Position numbers and translations under genes: made by a program. A stretch of DNA of 64,000 nucleotides from an uncultured Dehalococcoidales bacterium (GTDB lineage: Bacteria; Chloroflexota; Dehalococcoidia; Dehalococcoidales; CAYYQY01): NCBI GenBank assembly GCA_964473905.1, contig CAYYQY010000002.1, positions 7,683 to 71,682 on the forward strand, read 5' to 3'. This document shows positions 27,449-36,443 of this stretch, piece after piece (the stretch's first letter is position 1; each line of letters opens with the position of its first letter). Under the pieces are notes generated by a model, which had not been told where the DNA came from, ran no database searches, and saw only the letters and a program-made list of their open reading frames with translations.

Positions 27449-27523
27449 TGGAGCGGGAGACGAGGCTCGAACTCGCGACCCTCTGCTTGGGAAGCAGATG
27501 CTCTACCACTGAGCTACTCCCGC
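27449..27523 (-). tRNA. tRNA-Gly (anticodon CCC), CCA encoded
   Basis: Reverse complement GCGGGAGTAGCTCAGTGGTAGAGCATCTGCTTCCCAAGCAGAGGGTCGCGAGTTCGAGCCTCGTCTCCCGCTCCA folds as a cloverleaf: 7-bp acceptor stem, anticodon loop TTCCCAA, T-loop TTCGAGC, discriminator U. Confidence 0.92.
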
Positions 27524-27535
27524 CAGACCTTACTA

Positions 27536-27564
27536 ATTTTAGCTTCCGGGCAGGTCTTTGTAAA
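27536..27564 (-). promoter_or_regulatory. Putative promoter of tRNA-Gly (TTTACA - 17 nt - TAAAAT)
   Basis: On the minus strand, -35 is at 27559-27564 and -10 at 27536-27541. The mature tRNA 5' end is 12 nt downstream of the -10. Confidence 0.4.
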
Positions 27565-27587
27565 GTCCAACCGTGTTATTTCCGGGA

Positions 27588-27617
27588 TTGACAGGGAGGT
27601 AGCGGGTTTGTTAAAAT
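27588..27617 (+). promoter_or_regulatory. Putative promoter of the marR-MMPL operon (TTGACA - 18 nt - TAAAAT)
   Basis: TTGACA at 27588-27593 and TAAAAT at 27612-27617, followed by an AT-rich region with short repeats (AATATTAATA twice) that could be MarR operators. Confidence 0.45.
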
Positions 27618-27676
27618 ATATTTCGGTTAAACCGTAATATTAATAAAATATTAATAATTAATAAAGGACGAATAGA

Positions 27677-28141
27677 ATGCAGCAGGATGAACAATCTCAG
27701 GTTCGGAACATTCTGAAAATTGCCGAGGGAATATACGGTATTCTTATGCCCGGTGTTACCGAGGAGTGGTTGTCTTCTGACCTCACGGTTGCCCAGCTGC
27801 GGGTAATGCTGGTCCTGCATACCGAAGGCCCGAGCCGGATGAGCTCCATTGCTGCCGCTACTAATGTTGCCCTGCCCACAGCTACCGGTATTGCCGATAA
27901 CCTGGTTAAAAAGGGGCTGGTGACACGTGTTGCTGACTTGGAAGATCGCAGGGTGGTTATATGCGAGCTATCTCCAAAAGGACAGGAGATTACCGGCCGG
28001 TTATGGGCGATGGGACGGTTTCAGATGGAGAAGCTGCTCGCTGGTCTGAGCCCGGAACAGCTTGATAAGTCAGCCGAGGTGGCCGGGTTCCTGCTCAGTA
28101 ATATAAAAGATAAGGCCGGTGCCGGCTGGCTTGCCACTTAA
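27677..28141 (+). CDS. MarR family transcriptional regulator
   Basis: LTVAQLRVMLVLHTEGPSRMSSIAAATNVALPTATGIADNLVKKGLVTRVADLEDRRVV is a MarR winged-helix pattern. Confidence 0.85.
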   Translation: MQQDEQSQVRNILKIAEGIYGILMPGVTEEWLSSDLTVAQLRVMLVLHTEGPSRMSSIAAATNVALPTATGIADNLVKKGLVTRVADLEDRRVVICELSPKGQEITGRLWAMGRFQMEKLLAGLSPEQLDKSAEVAGFLLSNIKDKAGAGWLAT

Positions 28142-28171
28142 GATTAAAAAAGACAGAGGAATTGAAATCCT

Positions 28172-30610
28172 ATGAAGAGAATACCCGAAATACTGGCCCG
28201 GTTTGTAGAGCGCCGACCGTGGCTGTTTGTGATAATAGTGGTCTTACTATCGGTGCTGGCCGTGCCGGGCATAACCATGTCCAGGACCGAGTCCGGCTTC
28301 AGCACGCTGGTTTCTCCTGAGTCTGATGTCTCCCGCAACAATGCCCGCTATGAGGAACAGTTCGGTAGCGAGCCAATCACTGTACTGCTGTCCGGCGAGC
28401 TTGACGATATCTTCTCTTCCGATAACTTAATAGTCCTCAGCGAGTTTGAGCGTGAATTTGCTCAGGACGAGCGTTTCCGGGCTATTCTCAGTCCGGTTAC
28501 GGTTCTGGATCTGGCGGTGGAAGAAGCCGAGAGTAGCCGGGAAATGCTGGAGGCTGAACTGGCGCGTGCCGTGGAGGATGCCGTCCGGCAGGCAACGGCG
28601 GCAGCGCTGGCACAGGGCCTGGGCCCAGCAGAGCAGGAGCTTGTCGTGGAGATGGCCAAGTCTCAGGTGCTGGAGCAATTCCAGTCTCAGCTTGGCGAAA
28701 TGCAGCAGGTGGGAGAGCCGTCGCTGGCGAACCCCGCCTTCGTGGACGCTGTCCTCTACAGCCCGGATGGCTCAATAAATCCGGCTCTCGAGTTTCTGGC
28801 CCCGGATGACGGGCATGCCCTCATTATCGTTACGCCGGCCGGGAATATGGATGACGAGGTGGCTTTGCAGGCGGCAGAGGATATTGAGCAATTCTTTGTG
28901 ACACGTCCGCTGGCAAATGTAGACGTCACGGTGATTGGTGATGCCAAGATAATCGCCGCTATCACGGATAGCATAGGCAGCAATATGGCGATGCTCCTGG
29001 GACTTGCCATCGGTGTCATGTTCATAATCCTCATATTCATGTTCCGGGTGCGCTGGCGGCTTCTTTCACTGCTGATGGTGGGCATAGGTGCATTGTGGAC
29101 TTTCGGTCTGATGGGGTATGGCTCGGTGCCCCTGTCCATGGCGACTATGGCGGTACTGCCTGTGCTTGTGGGTCTGGGTATTGATTATTCCATACAGTTC
29201 CATAACCGTTACCAGGAAGAGGTGACCAGAAGCGGTTCGGTGGCCGAGGCAATTATTACCTCGCTGAAAATCATGTTTCCCGTGGTGGGCGTGGCTTTGC
29301 TGGCTACGGTTATCGGCTTTATCACACTCTATATATCCGAGGTGCCGATGGTACAGGATTTTGGGCTCATGCTGGCTATAGGTGCCATTTTCTGCTACCT
29401 GGTCGGGCTTTTCCTGCTTTACAGCATCGTGTATCTGGGCGACAGGAAGACGCCTATCGCCAGGCTGAAGTCGGCATCTATAGAAGCGGGCGGGCGCATT
29501 GAGAGGATACTGGCGCGGATAGCAAGGTTCGTGGTAAAGAAACCGCTGCCCATCTTCCTGATAGCTCTGATAGTAGGTATCGCCGGTGGTGTGGTAGACC
29601 ACTGGCTGCCCACCAATACCGACTACGAAGAGCTTATGCCCCAGGATATAGTCGCGCTGGAAGAGACGCGGGAGCTGCGCGATATTCTGGACTCCGGAGG
29701 TGAAATCCGCTTCATGGTAGAGGCGGCTGACGTTACCCAACCGGAAGTTTTAAGCTGGATGCAGGCATACGGGGATACGGAGTTGGCATTGTACCCTGAG
29801 ATTATCTCGGTGAGCAGCCCGGCTACCCTCGTTAGTGCAGCCGCTGACGGTGTAATTCCCGATACCGGGCAGGTTGACCGGATACTTGAGAGTGCCCCGT
29901 CTACATTCGTGGAGCGGGTTGTCTCCGCCGATAGAACGATGGCCAGCCTTTCCTTTAATATTAAGTATATATCCTTGCAGCAGACCCATGACCTGATACA
30001 GGTGATGCAGCAGGATGCCCGGGTGCCGGATGGCGTGAGCATAGCCCCGGTCGGTTCTCTGGCGCTCGGCTCGGGGACGGTGGATGCCATATCGGGTAAA
30101 AGGCTCCTCATGAATATAATATGTCTGAGCGCCATATTTCTGGTGTTGCTCATAGTTTACCGCCGGCTTACCCGTGCTGTCTTTGCCATAATAACGGCCG
30201 GTATGGTGATTGCCTGGTCGTCCCTGGACATGTATCTTATCGGCATTCCCCTGAACCCGCTTACCTCAATCCTGGGCGTCATCATTATCGGTATCGGTAC
30301 CGAGTTCATGGTGCTTCTGCTCGGCAGGTATGAAGAGGAGATGCGCCGGGGTGAATCACCCCGCGATGCCATGGTAACAGCCATATCCCGGATAGGCCGT
30401 GCTATTGTGACTACCGCGCTGACTACCCTCGGCGGTTTCGGTGTGTTGATAGCCTCAAACTTCGTCATGATTCGTGATTTCGGTCTGGCCACAGTTATCG
30501 CAGTTTTCCTGTGCCTGATAAGCACTATTCTGGTAATGCCGCCTCTGATTGTATGGTTTGACGAGAGGGTTCTCCAGCGTTCGAAAGACAGCTCGGAGGT
30601 CTGCTTATAG
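28172..30610 (+). CDS. MMPL/RND-superfamily membrane transporter (COG1033-type exporter)
   Basis: 812 aa with two blocks of about 6 TM helices, each preceded by a large soluble loop. GIDYSIQFHNRY- and GIGTEFMVLLLGRY-type motifs repeat in both halves. Confidence 0.8.
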   Translation: MKRIPEILARFVERRPWLFVIIVVLLSVLAVPGITMSRTESGFSTLVSPESDVSRNNARYEEQFGSEPITVLLSGELDDIFSSDNLIVLSEFEREFAQDERFRAILSPVTVLDLAVEEAESSREMLEAELARAVEDAVRQATAAALAQGLGPAEQELVVEMAKSQVLEQFQSQLGEMQQVGEPSLANPAFVDAVLYSPDGSINPALEFLAPDDGHALIIVTPAGNMDDEVALQAAEDIEQFFVTRPLANVDVTVIGDAKIIAAITDSIGSNMAMLLGLAIGVMFIILIFMFRVRWRLLSLLMVGIGALWTFGLMGYGSVPLSMATMAVLPVLVGLGIDYSIQFHNRYQEEVTRSGSVAEAIITSLKIMFPVVGVALLATVIGFITLYISEVPMVQDFGLMLAIGAIFCYLVGLFLLYSIVYLGDRKTPIARLKSASIEAGGRIERILARIARFVVKKPLPIFLIALIVGIAGGVVDHWLPTNTDYEELMPQDIVALEETRELRDILDSGGEIRFMVEAADVTQPEVLSWMQAYGDTELALYPEIISVSSPATLVSAAADGVIPDTGQVDRILESAPSTFVERVVSADRTMASLSFNIKYISLQQTHDLIQVMQQDARVPDGVSIAPVGSLALGSGTVDAISGKRLLMNIICLSAIFLVLLIVYRRLTRAVFAIITAGMVIAWSSLDMYLIGIPLNPLTSILGVIIIGIGTEFMVLLLGRYEEEMRRGESPRDAMVTAISRIGRAIVTTALTTLGGFGVLIASNFVMIRDFGLATVIAVFLCLISTILVMPPLIVWFDERVLQRSKDSSEVCL

Positions 30611-31100
30611 AGTAAACGGCGCTAATTTATATTTAAGGTGCGAGTAAGAAATATCTGTATAAATATATCAGCAGTAATAGGTCTTGATATTAAATCGGTT
30701 CTATAGAAGATTTAAGCTTATCGGTGCTTTTGCCAGCTTTTTTACAACTTATAGAGAGGTCTATCGTTTAAACAGTGAATGTCTAAATCTATTATATTAG
30801 GCAAAGACTTCGATGCCTCCATCTCCCAACATTCTTTCAATGTCGGATCTATAGGGCAAATCATCAGTTATTACGCCCATGCTGCCTCATCTTGCTGTCT
30901 AGCCATATAACAAATATTCTATCAATTCTTATTTCGTACCTCAGGTGGCGAGCTTTTGACGGAGGAATATTGACCGATAACAATACGGCATGTTATCCTT
31001 TTTTGTATGCGGACTCCGGGTTCACGCCCGGTCAAATCAGGGTGGAAACTGTATAGCGTGGGCTTGTTAGCCGTAGTCTGGCAGGGAGGGGGTAAGCAGG

Positions 31101-33884
31101 TTGAGCGCGTTTGATTCTCGAAAATGGCAACGCTGGTTTCCAGAAGATGAGGGTAAACAGCCTCCGCCGGGAACCAGACACAGGTCTGCCCCGGGCAGGG
31201 TATTATCAATACTGGCCGGGATCATTATCCTGCTCATTATCTTAAGCGTACTAAAGGGTGTCTATGCTGAGTGGCTCTGGTTTAGCAGCCTGAGTTACGG
31301 TAGTGTCTACACTACTATTATGAAGACCCGGGTACTGCTATTTTTCGGCGCGGCGATAATAGCTGGCGGTCTTTTTTTCGGGAACCTGGTGCTGGCTACG
31401 CGCCTTACCCCCAGAAATGAAGGCCGTTTGTGGCCCTGGTCTATTATGCACCAACTGCAGAGCATGTCCCGCTGGACTATTATCCTGGTGACGGCGCTAT
31501 TCGGCCTTATATTCGGCATGGTAGCACAGGGCAAGTGGCAAACTGTACTCCAGTTCTTTAACCGACAGCCATTTGGTTTAGACGACCCGGTTTTTGGCAG
31601 GGAGATTAGCTTTTACGTCTTCTCGCTGCCTTTTATGGATATGATACGGGGCTGGCTGCTGGCTCTCCTGATAGTAATACTTATCGCCAGCGCCGGGATA
31701 TATCTTATCAGTTATGGCATTCAGCGTCGTAAGTTTGACTATGCCCGGCCGGTGCTGGCTCATATCGGCGGGCTGGCCTGCGCTATTCTGGCACTTTTTG
31801 CCTGGGGTTTATGGATTGGTATCTGGGAGCTCGTATATTCCCGGCGCGGCGTTGTCTTTGGTGCGAGCTATGCAGATATAAACGCCAAGTTGCCGGCACA
31901 GTGGATTATATTTGGCCTGGTGTTTTTATGTATGATAGTCTTCATTGTCTCCATATGGCGTCGTAATTTCCGCTGGCCGCTCTACAGTATCGGCGGCCTG
32001 ATAGGGGCTGTTATTATCGTGGGCGTTATCTTCCCCGCCATAGTACAGCGCTTCCAGGTGCAGCCCAGCGAGCTGGCCCGGGAGACACCCTATATAGAGT
32101 ACAATATTCAGTACACCAGGGATGCCTTTGCTCTGGACAGGGTAGAGGAGCAGTCCTTCCCTGCCGAAAAAACACCCAGCGCCCAGGATATAGAAGACAA
32201 TGAGGTTACCATCAACAATATCCGGCTCTGGGACCATCGCCCCTTACGGGATACCTATAATCAGATACAGGCCATCCGGCTCTACTATGACTTCCGCGAT
32301 GTAGATGTGGACCGCTATGTAATTGACGGGGAGTACCGCCAGGTAATGCTGTCAGCCCGTGAGATGTCTGCCGAGAAGCTGGCCGGTGAAGCGCAGACCT
32401 GGGTCAACCGCCAGCTCCAGTTTACTCATGGCTATGGTGTTGCCCTGAGCCCGGTTAACGAGATAAGTTCCGAAGGGTTACCGATACTGCTGGTCAAGGA
32501 TATACCGCCTGTCGGCTATTTTGATATTGAGCGTCCGGAGATATACTTCGGTGAGAAAACAAGTAATCACGTAATCGTAAAGACGAAGACCGAGGAATTT
32601 GACTATCCCATGGGCGATGAGAACGTTTACAGCTTTTACGAGGGCGATGCCGGGGTGGGTGTAGGCAATCTCATACGGCGGCTTATTTATGCCTGGGAGT
32701 TTGGTGATTTCAACATTCTTATCAGCAGTGAGCTCACTCCGGAGAGCCGGATTCTGTATTACCGCAATATCAGTCAGCGGGTGAGCCATCTGGCACCATT
32801 TTTAAAGCTGGACAACGACCCCTATGTGGTTATTGAGGATGGACGGCTACTCTGGATACAGGACGCCTATACTGTCACTGACCGCTATCCCTACTCCGAA
32901 CCATATAAAGGTGGGCTGAACTATATCCGGAACAGTGTTAAAGTGGTGGTTGATGCCTATAACGGCGATGTGACTTTTTATGTAACCGAGCCGGACGATG
33001 CTTTGATAAATACCTATCAGGCTATCTTCCCCGACCTCTTTATCCCCATAGCAGAGATGCCGGATTCGCTACGTGTCCACCTGCGTTATCCCGAGGACAT
33101 GTTCTATATCCAGTCTTCTGTTTACCAGAGCTACCACATGCGTGATGCCCGGGTATTTTATAACAAGGAAGACCTCTGGGCAGTGCCCAAGGAGGTCTTT
33201 TACGGCAATGAGCAGCCGATGGAGCCCTATTATGTAATCATGCGCCTGCTTGACGAGGATAAGGAAGAGTTCCTGATGATGCTGCCTTTCACGCCCTCAA
33301 ACAAAAATAATACCATCGGCTGGCTGGCCGCTCGCTGCGATGGCGATAACTACGGCAGGCTGCTTGCCTATAATTTCCCCAAAGAGCGGCTGGTCTATGG
33401 GCCCAGCCAGATAGAGAACCGGATACAGCAGGATACGGTGATAACGGAACAGCTGGCACTGTGGAGCCGCGGCGGTTCACGGGTTATACGCGGTAACTTG
33501 CTGTTAATTCCCCTCGCTGATTCCGAGCTTTACGTGGAGACCATTTTCCTGCAGGCGGAGGCAGGCGGTCTTCCCGAGTTGAAGCGTGTCATCGTGGCTG
33601 CCGGCGACCAGATAGCCATGGAACGTACCCTGAGGGAAAGCCTGGCAGCTATCTTTGGTACGGGAGTTCCACCGGCTGAACCTGTTGAAGAACCGTCCGC
33701 GCCGGAAGTTCCGGAGGAACCCGAAGTACCCGGTGATATATCCGTCTTGATAGACGAGGCGCAGCAGCATTACGACAGGGCCGAGCAGTATCTCCGGGAT
33801 GGGGACTGGGCTGGCTACGGGAGAGAGTTGGAAGCATTAAAAGAGGTACTGGACAAGCTAGCTCTGTTAACTGGCAATGGCTAA
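31101..33884 (+). CDS. UPF0182 family large membrane protein (COG1615)
   Basis: 927 aa with an N-terminal multi-TM region and then a large soluble part. LLWIQDAYTVTDRYPYSEP and the acidic C-terminus are typical of UPF0182. The TTG start follows GGGAGGGGG. Confidence 0.75.
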   Translation: MSAFDSRKWQRWFPEDEGKQPPPGTRHRSAPGRVLSILAGIIILLIILSVLKGVYAEWLWFSSLSYGSVYTTIMKTRVLLFFGAAIIAGGLFFGNLVLATRLTPRNEGRLWPWSIMHQLQSMSRWTIILVTALFGLIFGMVAQGKWQTVLQFFNRQPFGLDDPVFGREISFYVFSLPFMDMIRGWLLALLIVILIASAGIYLISYGIQRRKFDYARPVLAHIGGLACAILALFAWGLWIGIWELVYSRRGVVFGASYADINAKLPAQWIIFGLVFLCMIVFIVSIWRRNFRWPLYSIGGLIGAVIIVGVIFPAIVQRFQVQPSELARETPYIEYNIQYTRDAFALDRVEEQSFPAEKTPSAQDIEDNEVTINNIRLWDHRPLRDTYNQIQAIRLYYDFRDVDVDRYVIDGEYRQVMLSAREMSAEKLAGEAQTWVNRQLQFTHGYGVALSPVNEISSEGLPILLVKDIPPVGYFDIERPEIYFGEKTSNHVIVKTKTEEFDYPMGDENVYSFYEGDAGVGVGNLIRRLIYAWEFGDFNILISSELTPESRILYYRNISQRVSHLAPFLKLDNDPYVVIEDGRLLWIQDAYTVTDRYPYSEPYKGGLNYIRNSVKVVVDAYNGDVTFYVTEPDDALINTYQAIFPDLFIPIAEMPDSLRVHLRYPEDMFYIQSSVYQSYHMRDARVFYNKEDLWAVPKEVFYGNEQPMEPYYVIMRLLDEDKEEFLMMLPFTPSNKNNTIGWLAARCDGDNYGRLLAYNFPKERLVYGPSQIENRIQQDTVITEQLALWSRGGSRVIRGNLLLIPLADSELYVETIFLQAEAGGLPELKRVIVAAGDQIAMERTLRESLAAIFGTGVPPAEPVEEPSAPEVPEEPEVPGDISVLIDEAQQHYDRAEQYLRDGDWAGYGRELEALKEVLDKLALLTGNG

Positions 33885-34061
33885 AGCTAGATAATGTCCG
33901 GTGACAGTACTTTATCAAGGGTAGTTAATATTAGGGCCTGGACAACCTCGCTTCAGGTAGCAATATCCGTGAGCGTCTGTTGAGTTAGCGGAGTTTTATT
34001 GTCTTCTTGAAGTAAGCTATAATGCGGTAGAGTTTTACCCGTATCGTCATTCTGATGGGCT

Positions 34062-35480
34062 ATGACTGATAATTATAAGAAGGTCGAGAGCGTATTATCT
34101 GTCGTAAGTGTGGTCAGCGAGGTAATGTCCGTAACCAATGAGCCTCAGCAGCTTCTTGACGTGGTCCTGGATACCCTGCTTGATGTCCTGGAGGTAGACT
34201 GCTGTTGGTTTCAGCTAATTACTCTTGATGACCACCGGTTGTGGCTGGCGGCTTATCGCGGCTTTAGCTCAGATATGAAGCTGGAACTGGGGACTATGGG
34301 TATGGGGCACAGCGTCGGCGGGCAGGTGGCGGGACTGGGTGATATCGTGGTTATTCCCGATTTGTCTCATGACCGGGGGCGTGGTTTATCCTCATTTAAC
34401 CAGGCGGGCTTTTATTCTCTGGCTGCCGTTCCCCTGCGGACTTACCGTATACAGGGGGTAATGGGTATCGCTAGCCGTGCCAAGAAGGGTTTCAGCAAGG
34501 AGTTCGTGGAGTTATTGACGGTCTTAGCCGGTATGGTTGGTGTAGCTCTGGATAAGGCCGATATATATCACAGAGTCTTGGTCAAGACGAAGAAGTTAAA
34601 AGCGCGTGGCCCGGTTGATACGGTTCCGAAACAGGAGCCGGCTGACCTTTACCAGGATTTTGTGGCCGAGATACGCCGGGCAGCTCGTGTAGACTGGTCG
34701 GCGGTAGGTATAATTGAAGGAAGTGACGTTCACCTGTTTATCGCTGATGGGACGGTTAATGACTCAAGGGATATAGTGGTAGAAACGGTACCGCTGGCGG
34801 CTACCGCTATGCCCCAGGTTATAGCTTACGGGAAAGCTCTTGAAGAAAAAGATCCGGCTAAAATAAACAGCTTAATGGTAGACCAGGACGGTTTGGAAAG
34901 CAGCGTCAAATCCGCAGTCTATGTGCCTCTTAAAGTGGCAGGAGATGTGTTCGGGGCAATGGTGATAGCCAGTTACTCTCATGATGCTTTTAGCCAGCAG
35001 GAAATCTCGCACCTGGAAAACTGTGTGCAGAAGATAAGCCTGCCCCTGCGGCAGGAAATACTGAGTGGAAAGCATACAGTTAAAGAAGAAGTCCCGCCGG
35101 CTATCGCTACTTTGATACGGGGTTTATTCAGGGAAGCACCCGGAACGGCGAGCAGTGAAGTTGAGTCAAAGCTCATATTATCTTATAGCTCGGACAGGAT
35201 TCAGCTTGACTTCACAGCAAATGAGGTCAGCGTTGACGGCCGTCCCGTGGCCCTCACGCCCGCCGAGTACCGGCTGTTCTACACTCTGGTAAATAATGAG
35301 GGGCACGTACTACCTGAAAAGGAGTTGGAGGTGGCGGTCTGGGGTGATGCCTCTGGTGAACGCAGGACACTGCTCAAGATGAATATAGAGCATTTGAAGC
35401 AAAAGCTAAGGGGAGAGGTACCGCTACCCGATATTATCATTAAAATACCCGGCTCAGGCTACCGTTTTTACGCTCAGTAG
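34062..35480 (+). CDS. GAF domain-containing transcriptional regulator with a C-terminal OmpR/PhoB-type winged helix (no receiver domain)
   Basis: N-terminal GAF-like block (LLDVVLDTLLDVLEVDCCWFQL...AAVPLR...GVMGIAS). The C-terminus VDGRPVALTPAEYRLFYTLVNNEGHVL...IIKIPGSGYRF is a trans_reg_C pattern. Confidence 0.7.
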   Translation: MTDNYKKVESVLSVVSVVSEVMSVTNEPQQLLDVVLDTLLDVLEVDCCWFQLITLDDHRLWLAAYRGFSSDMKLELGTMGMGHSVGGQVAGLGDIVVIPDLSHDRGRGLSSFNQAGFYSLAAVPLRTYRIQGVMGIASRAKKGFSKEFVELLTVLAGMVGVALDKADIYHRVLVKTKKLKARGPVDTVPKQEPADLYQDFVAEIRRAARVDWSAVGIIEGSDVHLFIADGTVNDSRDIVVETVPLAATAMPQVIAYGKALEEKDPAKINSLMVDQDGLESSVKSAVYVPLKVAGDVFGAMVIASYSHDAFSQQEISHLENCVQKISLPLRQEILSGKHTVKEEVPPAIATLIRGLFREAPGTASSEVESKLILSYSSDRIQLDFTANEVSVDGRPVALTPAEYRLFYTLVNNEGHVLPEKELEVAVWGDASGERRTLLKMNIEHLKQKLRGEVPLPDIIIKIPGSGYRFYAQ

Positions 35481-35558
35481 ACTGGTTGTGTGCCGGTTCC
35501 GGGTATAACCGGGAAAAAGAGGCTTAAAAATATATTTTAAGGAGCAGGCAGTAGTATT

Positions 35559-36038
35559 ATGGAACGCAAAACCTATGCGGCACCGCCGCCACTCACCATT
35601 GACACGAGTAAAGAGTATAGTGCTATTATTGAGACAGAAAGGGGTAACCTGGTTCTTGAGCTGTTTGCCGGTGATGTCCCGACAACGGTTAATAATTTTG
35701 TGTTTCTTGCCCGCGAGGGGTTCTACGACGGGACTACCTTCCACCGTGTCATTCCGGACTTTGTCGCCCAGGGGGGAGACCCCACCGGGACGGGGACCGG
35801 TAATCCCGGCTATTCTTTTGCCGACGAGGTTACCGGCCGCTCCCATGTAACCGGCGCTTTGTCCATGGCTAACGCTGGCCCCAATACCAACGGCTGCCAG
35901 TTTTTTATCACCTTTTCTCCCCAGGAGCATCTGAACGGCAGGCACGCTGTTTTCGGTCAGTTAGTAGAGGGCATGGATGTGCTTAACCAGATAAGACCCG
36001 GCGATGCTATGACACGAATTACCATAGAGGAAAAATAG
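35559..36038 (+). CDS. ppiB: Peptidyl-prolyl cis-trans isomerase, cyclophilin type
   Basis: FHRVIPDFVAQGGDPTGTGTGNPGY, SMANAGPNTNGCQFFIT and HAVFGQLVEGMDVL. Confidence 0.92.
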   Translation: MERKTYAAPPPLTIDTSKEYSAIIETERGNLVLELFAGDVPTTVNNFVFLAREGFYDGTTFHRVIPDFVAQGGDPTGTGTGNPGYSFADEVTGRSHVTGALSMANAGPNTNGCQFFITFSPQEHLNGRHAVFGQLVEGMDVLNQIRPGDAMTRITIEEK

Positions 36039-36116
36039 GCGGCGCTTGAAGCTGGTATCAGGTAGCTTCATGATAACGCGGCTTTTTGATTGGGCTAAAC
36101 AAAGGAGCCCTGGGAA

Positions 36117-36183
36117 ATGAAAAATACTGATACGGGGCGGTTTCGGCTATATCGGCTCCTATGTTGCGCGGGACCTGATTTAA
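36117..36183 (+). pseudogene. Possible N-terminal stump of an NAD-dependent epimerase/dehydratase (frameshifted at the start, stops after about 21 codons)
   Basis: After ATGA, the +1 frame reads KILIRGGFGYIGSYVARDLI*, a Rossmann GxxGxxG start of the SDR/epimerase family. An A-run at the ATG shifts the frame, and a GGAG sits upstream. Confidence 0.35.
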
Positions 36184-36443
36184 ATACGGATAGCGGCCGG
36201 CTGGCTGCTTCGGTACAGGAGAGTCCAAAGGCTGAATTGGACAAACTGATATCATTATGGACCGGGTTGACAGCCGGGTGTAATATAATATATTTAATAT
36301 AACGTAAATAAGATGTATACTACTGCCAGCCGGTGACTGATGGTACCGGTGGGTGGCTTATGAAGGGGCGAGTGGGGAGGTAAAAATGGTTTTGGGTTTC
36401 AGGACGGGCTGTGGTAAGTAAGGAAGTCAGGGTGCGATAGCAA

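Noticed and set aside
27401-27637. 78-aa plus-strand ORF
   Set aside because: It runs straight through the minus-strand tRNA-Gly(CCC) at 27449-27523 and its promoter, with no SD and no protein-like features.
28427-29139. Cluster of 65-127-aa ORFs on both strands with Arg/Pro/Ala-rich translations
   Set aside because: All lie within the MMPL transporter gene, whose frame shows a coherent TM/loop architecture over 812 aa. These are alternative-frame artefacts of a GC-rich stretch.
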